DNA from: a virus
Virus record (IMG/VR): IMGVR_UViG_3300044957_000729
DNA length: 64,000 nucleotides
Direction: 5' to 3' (one strand)
Shown here: in pieces, positions 59,747 to 64,000 of the stretch
Numbering within the stretch: the stretch's first letter is position 1
Layout of the letters: each line of letters opens with the position of its first letter
Notes under the pieces: generated by a model
Database searches by the model: none
Seen by the model: only the letters and a program-made list of their open reading frames with translations
Told to the model about the DNA's origin: nothing
Position numbers and translations under genes: made by a program

Positions 59747-62080
59747 ATGGCTTATACCTCAACGGAAAGATTTATAAAGTTTGGTAGTTACCTATTAATG
59801 GAGTATGACTACACTACTGCACCGACTCCTGAAATTTATTATGTTAACACTGGTAATCCTGCTATAGGATATGAGAAAATTGTTAATGGATATTTCAATA
59901 ATGCTGTTCAGATATTAAATAACCCAGCATCTGAATTCACGACGGGAAACGTAAGGGATCTTAGTGTTGTACAAACTGACAAAAATAGATTTGTAACCCT
60001 AGATCAGGATTATTTAGTTCCCTATCTAGATACCGATCCTAAATTAACCCCGGTAAACAATTTACCTGTCGTATTTCCTTCTAACATAGGAGTTTATTAT
60101 GACACTATAAAATTCCATATAGTAGCAGGATACAATTTCGAAAACATAGATGGTATAATAATAAAAGGAGAATTCCAAGAAAGAACAGGAAAGAAAGCAA
60201 CTATATTTCAAAGATTAATAACTAAATCTGACACTTCTTCTGTGGTGCTTAATCCTAACCCTATCTATTTAGGTGGTGCTCTTTATGATCATTACATAGA
60301 GGTAAAGATTCCTGCTTATGCTAACATGGTTTATGAGTTTGATATATTAGCAAATACTCCCGCACAGGCAAACACTTTAGCAGCTAAGATATCTTCAGAT
60401 GGAAATGGATTTTTAAAGGACGCTCCGATAAACGTGTCCTTGTATGAGGTAACCCAGACTGTTCTTAAGAATGGATATGAAAATTATATAGCACAGTTAA
60501 GAAGCTCTCTGTCCGTAATACCTAAGGATAATTTTTCTTCCTTAGCTGCTGTTATTCAACAAAATCAATTTTACAACTATCTAGAATTTTATCCAACCTG
60601 GGATGGAAATTTTTTAGAGGATTTTCTAAACGCTGAAGGTAAAGTTGGAAACATTTATTATGTGATAAATGAAATAGAAGTTAAAGAACAAGTTGGACTA
60701 ACATATATTACAACTTATAACTTCAGTAACACACAGGCGCAAGATTTTAATGCTCCTAGTATATTTAGGCCGATTCTTATAAATCCATTAACCACTTCTT
60801 TCTTAGTTAACTACACTATGAGATTAGTTAATAAGGGAAATCAGAATCAAATAATCAGAAGATCGTCTATTAGTTCTTTCGATGTAAACAAATACGGGAA
60901 AGAAAACAATGTGATCTCCCTTACTACTGGAGCTTATTCACAGAAGGTTTATAATAAAATAGTTCAAGCACCAAACGTTGTATCTGGTGGAATTATACCA
61001 AATCCTGCTGCTCCTATAGAAAAAAGAATTCCAGTTTTTTATAAGGATAACAGCATATCAATAACGAAAGAAACATTGGTAATAGATAGGAATGGTGATT
61101 TGATATCAGAAACATCAGTTCCTGGTGCAACCCAAATATTTGGACAAGGCAAAGGAAAAATAGTTGTTGATCCTTTTGATAACTTCTACAAGTTTACAGT
61201 CTATAATTACAAGGAAGGAACATCTCCTGAAATAATTGATCTTGGAACATCCCTAAGTTACTATATAGTTTTTCTTGATAGCAGCGGACAAAGTGTAAGA
61301 GTTGAGAATATAAAAAATAAATCGACTGTTTCTAATCCTTCTGCTGGACAGATAGCATTTAAAGTTGTAGATACTAATTCTAAAAAAGTATTAGGGTTTA
61401 CATCAAGGGATTTTTATATTATAACAAAAACACCAGATGGAACTGAAACTAAGCTATATTCCGGATCTTGGGAAACCCAGGCAGAATTTATAGCAAGAAC
61501 AAGTGTTACTACTGGAGAAGTTACACCAGCTACGGGAGGAGTTACTGGAGCTAGCGTTGTTACTACTACAGACGTGGCAGTTACTGGATCGACCGGAACA
61601 ACTGGAGCTAGTACATCTGAAGGAAATCAAATAACTTCTAAAGTTCCTGTAACAAAATCTCTTAAAATTAAAAAACCTTATCGTCTAGGAAGTAGCTCTA
61701 TCCTTAGTGTTAAACCTGCATCTCTTTTAAACACAACTGGGGGTTTCGTAAAAACAGGAAAGGGAGAAACTACTACGCCTTTAAAGAGTAGCATACAGGC
61801 TAACAATATAAACATTGATGCTTTGGCAGATTCTATATCAGGAAGAGAATCTCAGGGCTTAAGTGTGCAGAAGGTTGTTAATTATTATTTTACTCCAGGA
61901 GCGCCAGGTGCTAATTTATTTAAAGGACTTAAAGCAGCTCAGTTCTTAACAGCAGCTCTCCAAGTTCACCCAAAACTAGAAAATGGAGCATTCGACAAAA
62001 AATATATACAATACTGTAACGCTTTAGGATTTCCAGTTACTGACGATCCCAATTCTGCTAAAAATAACCCTAATAAATGA
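59747..62080 (+). CDS. putative virion structural protein with Thr/Gly-rich linker
   Basis: long ORF; linker TSVTTGEVTPATGGVTGASVVTTTDVAVTGSTGTTGAST. Confidence 0.55.
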   Translation: MAYTSTERFIKFGSYLLMEYDYTTAPTPEIYYVNTGNPAIGYEKIVNGYFNNAVQILNNPASEFTTGNVRDLSVVQTDKNRFVTLDQDYLVPYLDTDPKLTPVNNLPVVFPSNIGVYYDTIKFHIVAGYNFENIDGIIIKGEFQERTGKKATIFQRLITKSDTSSVVLNPNPIYLGGALYDHYIEVKIPAYANMVYEFDILANTPAQANTLAAKISSDGNGFLKDAPINVSLYEVTQTVLKNGYENYIAQLRSSLSVIPKDNFSSLAAVIQQNQFYNYLEFYPTWDGNFLEDFLNAEGKVGNIYYVINEIEVKEQVGLTYITTYNFSNTQAQDFNAPSIFRPILINPLTTSFLVNYTMRLVNKGNQNQIIRRSSISSFDVNKYGKENNVISLTTGAYSQKVYNKIVQAPNVVSGGIIPNPAAPIEKRIPVFYKDNSISITKETLVIDRNGDLISETSVPGATQIFGQGKGKIVVDPFDNFYKFTVYNYKEGTSPEIIDLGTSLSYYIVFLDSSGQSVRVENIKNKSTVSNPSAGQIAFKVVDTNSKKVLGFTSRDFYIITKTPDGTETKLYSGSWETQAEFIARTSVTTGEVTPATGGVTGASVVTTTDVAVTGSTGTTGASTSEGNQITSKVPVTKSLKIKKPYRLGSSSILSVKPASLLNTTGGFVKTGKGETTTPLKSSIQANNINIDALADSISGRESQGLSVQKVVNYYFTPGAPGANLFKGLKAAQFLTAALQVHPKLENGAFDKKYIQYCNALGFPVTDDPNSAKNNPNK

Positions 62081-62628
62081 TTTTAAATGTCAGGCAAAAT
62101 GGCTTCATATTCAATTTTCCAAAGGGATTTATTTTACCTGAAGTCCTTCAAAAGTATGAAAAGTATATCAATAGGATGCCTATTCCTTATGATACCGTAG
62201 ATAACTTTATAAACTCTACGATACAGCAGGTTAACTTCCCAACTCTAAGAACTATAGATTCAGTAGAACAAGTTAGACCCGGTGGATTTAAACAGACATA
62301 TAAAAGCGCGACAACTCTCCAGAATTTAATTCAGAGGGATTTCACAGTAACTTTTAAATTGGGCGAGGGATTTATAAACTATTGGGTCCTTTACGAGAAC
62401 ATCATAAAGTTTTTAGATTTCCAAAATCCTAACGAGTATCTTCCCGACTTCAGATTGTTACTTCTCGATAATGATGGAGTTGTTATGGCTAGTGTACTTT
62501 TACAGCAGCCAATATACACCTCACTGTCTGAGATACAATTAAACTATGCTAGCACTACCCCTCAATTTTCCACTTTTAGTATAGGCTTTAAATGCAACTA
62601 CGTTAATCTTAATCTTGAAATCGGATAG
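62077..62628 (+). CDS. tail tube/terminator-fold protein (gp3/gp19-like)
   Basis: Q.VNFP, FTVTF....NYW..Y, SLSEIQL, F...F pattern. Confidence 0.5.
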   Translation: MILNVRQNGFIFNFPKGFILPEVLQKYEKYINRMPIPYDTVDNFINSTIQQVNFPTLRTIDSVEQVRPGGFKQTYKSATTLQNLIQRDFTVTFKLGEGFINYWVLYENIIKFLDFQNPNEYLPDFRLLLLDNDGVVMASVLLQQPIYTSLSEIQLNYASTTPQFSTFSIGFKCNYVNLNLEIG

Positions 62629-63301
62629 AATAATAGGTATAGATTTCTCATTGAATTCTCCTGGTATTTGTATATTGGAAGAAACATCTTGTAAGTGGAT
62701 TAGTCTTCACCGAACAAAAAACATTATAGATAAGATGCTGAAAAAGGAGGGATCTCCTTTTCATGTGTTGAATGATAGTAAATCAATAGATATAAATATA
62801 ATCGAGAAAAAAGAATTTAAGGGGGAATATCACATAATAGAAAGGGACAAAATAGTAAATGCAGTTTATTTTTCTGAAAAACTAATAGATTTAATTGATC
62901 CGTATTTAAATGAAAAAACTATAGTTGGTATGGAGGGACTTTCGTTTGGATCTTCCGGTAATTCTCTTATTGATATTTCTATGACTACTGCTTTGGTTAG
63001 ATCTGGTATAATAAAAAAGATAGATCCTAATAATTTTTTTATCCTATCACCCACGGCAATTAAAAAATATGCTTTAAGGGGAAACTCAAAGAAGGATGAA
63101 TTATATAATACATTAGTAGAGAAAAGAATTGATGACGATAGACTTAAGCCATTTTTGAGTATTTTAAAAGAATATAGGGATTTGTGGGTAAAAGGAACTA
63201 ATAAAGTGGAAGGTCCTTGTTCCGATTTAGTGGATGCAACATGGATATCTTTATTCGTTGAGAAAAATTTAGAGAAACTTTTATCTGGTAAGAAGATATA
63301 A
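62615..63301 (+). CDS. RuvC-like Holliday junction resolvase
   Basis: IGIDFS...PG, EG.SFGS, PT.IKK.A..GN..K, DLVDA catalytic motifs. Confidence 0.8.
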   Translation: MKSDRIIGIDFSLNSPGICILEETSCKWISLHRTKNIIDKMLKKEGSPFHVLNDSKSIDINIIEKKEFKGEYHIIERDKIVNAVYFSEKLIDLIDPYLNEKTIVGMEGLSFGSSGNSLIDISMTTALVRSGIIKKIDPNNFFILSPTAIKKYALRGNSKKDELYNTLVEKRIDDDRLKPFLSILKEYRDLWVKGTNKVEGPCSDLVDATWISLFVEKNLEKLLSGKKI

Positions 63302-63302
63302 G
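63274..63302 (+). promoter_or_regulatory. putative promoter GAAACT-N17-TATAAG upstream of SSB
   Basis: recurrent motif with identical spacing. Confidence 0.55.
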
Positions 63303-63341
63303 TATTAAATAATAAGTAATAATTTAAATAATTTAAGTATC

Positions 63342-64000
63342 ATGGAAGAAAATTTTGACATTTTTAATCTGGACAATGAGGCATTTTTTAAACAAGAAGT
63401 TAAAAAGGACGAGGATGAATCCATCTATAAACCTTACCCCGAATTAGGTAAAGATGGGGTTTACAAATCTTTGGTTAGATTTTTACCAAACATTAAAAAT
63501 CCAAAAAAATCGAAAATTCACCAATACTACGTTTGGTTGAAAGACCCAGTAGATGGAACAAATCACAAAGCTATTTGTCCGTCGACAGTGGGAAAAAAAT
63601 CAATTCTTAAAGACCTCTTTTGGAAGCTTAAAAATTCCCCTTCTGCTAAAGATCAAGAGATTTCTAAATCTTTCTCTAGAAAAGAAGATTTTTATTCTTT
63701 AATTCAAGTAGTTAGAGACGCAAACCGTCCAGACCTTGAAGGTAAGATCATGATCTTCAAATTCGGTAGAAAAGTTAACGATCTTATCGAACAGCAAATT
63801 AAACCAGAATTCGGTAATCCTTCAAATCCTTATGATTTGTTTGAGGGTAAGAACTTTGGTATTCAGGTAAGAAAAGTAGGAGAGTGGAACAACTACGATC
63901 TTTGTCAATTTGTTGGAGATAAAATGCCAATTATGATTGATGGAGAAGCAGTAGATAAAACAGAGAAAGGAAGAGATATTGTAACTAAATATCTTAAGAC
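63342..64000 (+). CDS. gp32: single-stranded DNA-binding protein, T4 gp32-like (runs off window end; not in ORF track)
   Basis: KDG...LVRFLP, CP.T, V.D..RP.LEGK...FKFG.K, P.DL.EG.NF....K....NYD. Confidence 0.9.
   Translation, partial: MEENFDIFNLDNEAFFKQEVKKDEDESIYKPYPELGKDGVYKSLVRFLPNIKNPKKSKIHQYYVWLKDPVDGTNHKAICPSTVGKKSILKDLFWKLKNSPSAKDQEISKSFSRKEDFYSLIQVVRDANRPDLEGKIMIFKFGRKVNDLIEQQIKPEFGNPSNPYDLFEGKNFGIQVRKVGEWNNYDLCQFVGDKMPIMIDGEAVDKTEKGRDIVTKYLK

Noticed and set aside
5785-63054. Many short minus-strand and nested ORFs in the track (e.g. 16808-17215, 19453-19854, 28467-28841, 43468-43713)
   Set aside because: They are shadows of longer, motif-supported genes and have no recognisable motifs.
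1-64000. Genome-wide TAG recoding (as in some Bacteroidota phages), suggested by the amber at 6077 and TAG-TTG at 15793-15798
   Set aside because: Multi-kb ORFs are intact in code 11, and many genes end in TAG at their expected C-termini. The 6077 site corresponds to Trp, not Gln, and the ORF after 15795 has its own promoter motif and an ATG at 15835.
1-64000. tRNA, rRNA, introns, inteins or clear Rho-independent terminators
   Set aside because: Intergenic spaces are tiny and none was recognisable by eye; a covariance-model search would be needed to exclude them.

Overview
AT-rich, gene-dense, almost entirely + strand segment that reads as part of a large T4-like (myovirus) phage genome. A Bacteroidota host is likely: there are no Shine-Dalgarno motifs, and Reg_prop/SBBP-type propellers are present. 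Standard genetic code. Positions 58-15795 are a roughly 20-gene, translationally coupled glycan island: several GT-A/GT2/GT10/GT-B glycosyltransferases, five SAM methyltransferases, WbqC, a deacetylase, GDP-fucose synthesis (gmd, fcl) and Kdo-8-P synthesis (kdsD, kdsA). Two of its methyltransferases are broken (one amber codon, one 5-bp duplication), and a decayed LAGLIDADG endonuclease lies between fcl and gmd. Positions 17695-62628 are a baseplate/neck/fibre structural module (gp53-, gp27-, gp5-, gp13-, gp25-, gp6-, gp7-like genes and fibres), interrupted by a ribosomal protein S1 homologue, an amidoligase-like gene and phoH. It is followed by a RuvC-like resolvase and gp32 SSB. Two recurring promoter-like motifs (GAAA-N19-TAYAA and GATATATA) precede genes with very short leaders. 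The leading hypothesis is a phage-encoded virion O-glycosylation system, with Ser/Thr motifs in the structural proteins as candidate acceptors. All family calls are by motif recognition; no database searches were run.
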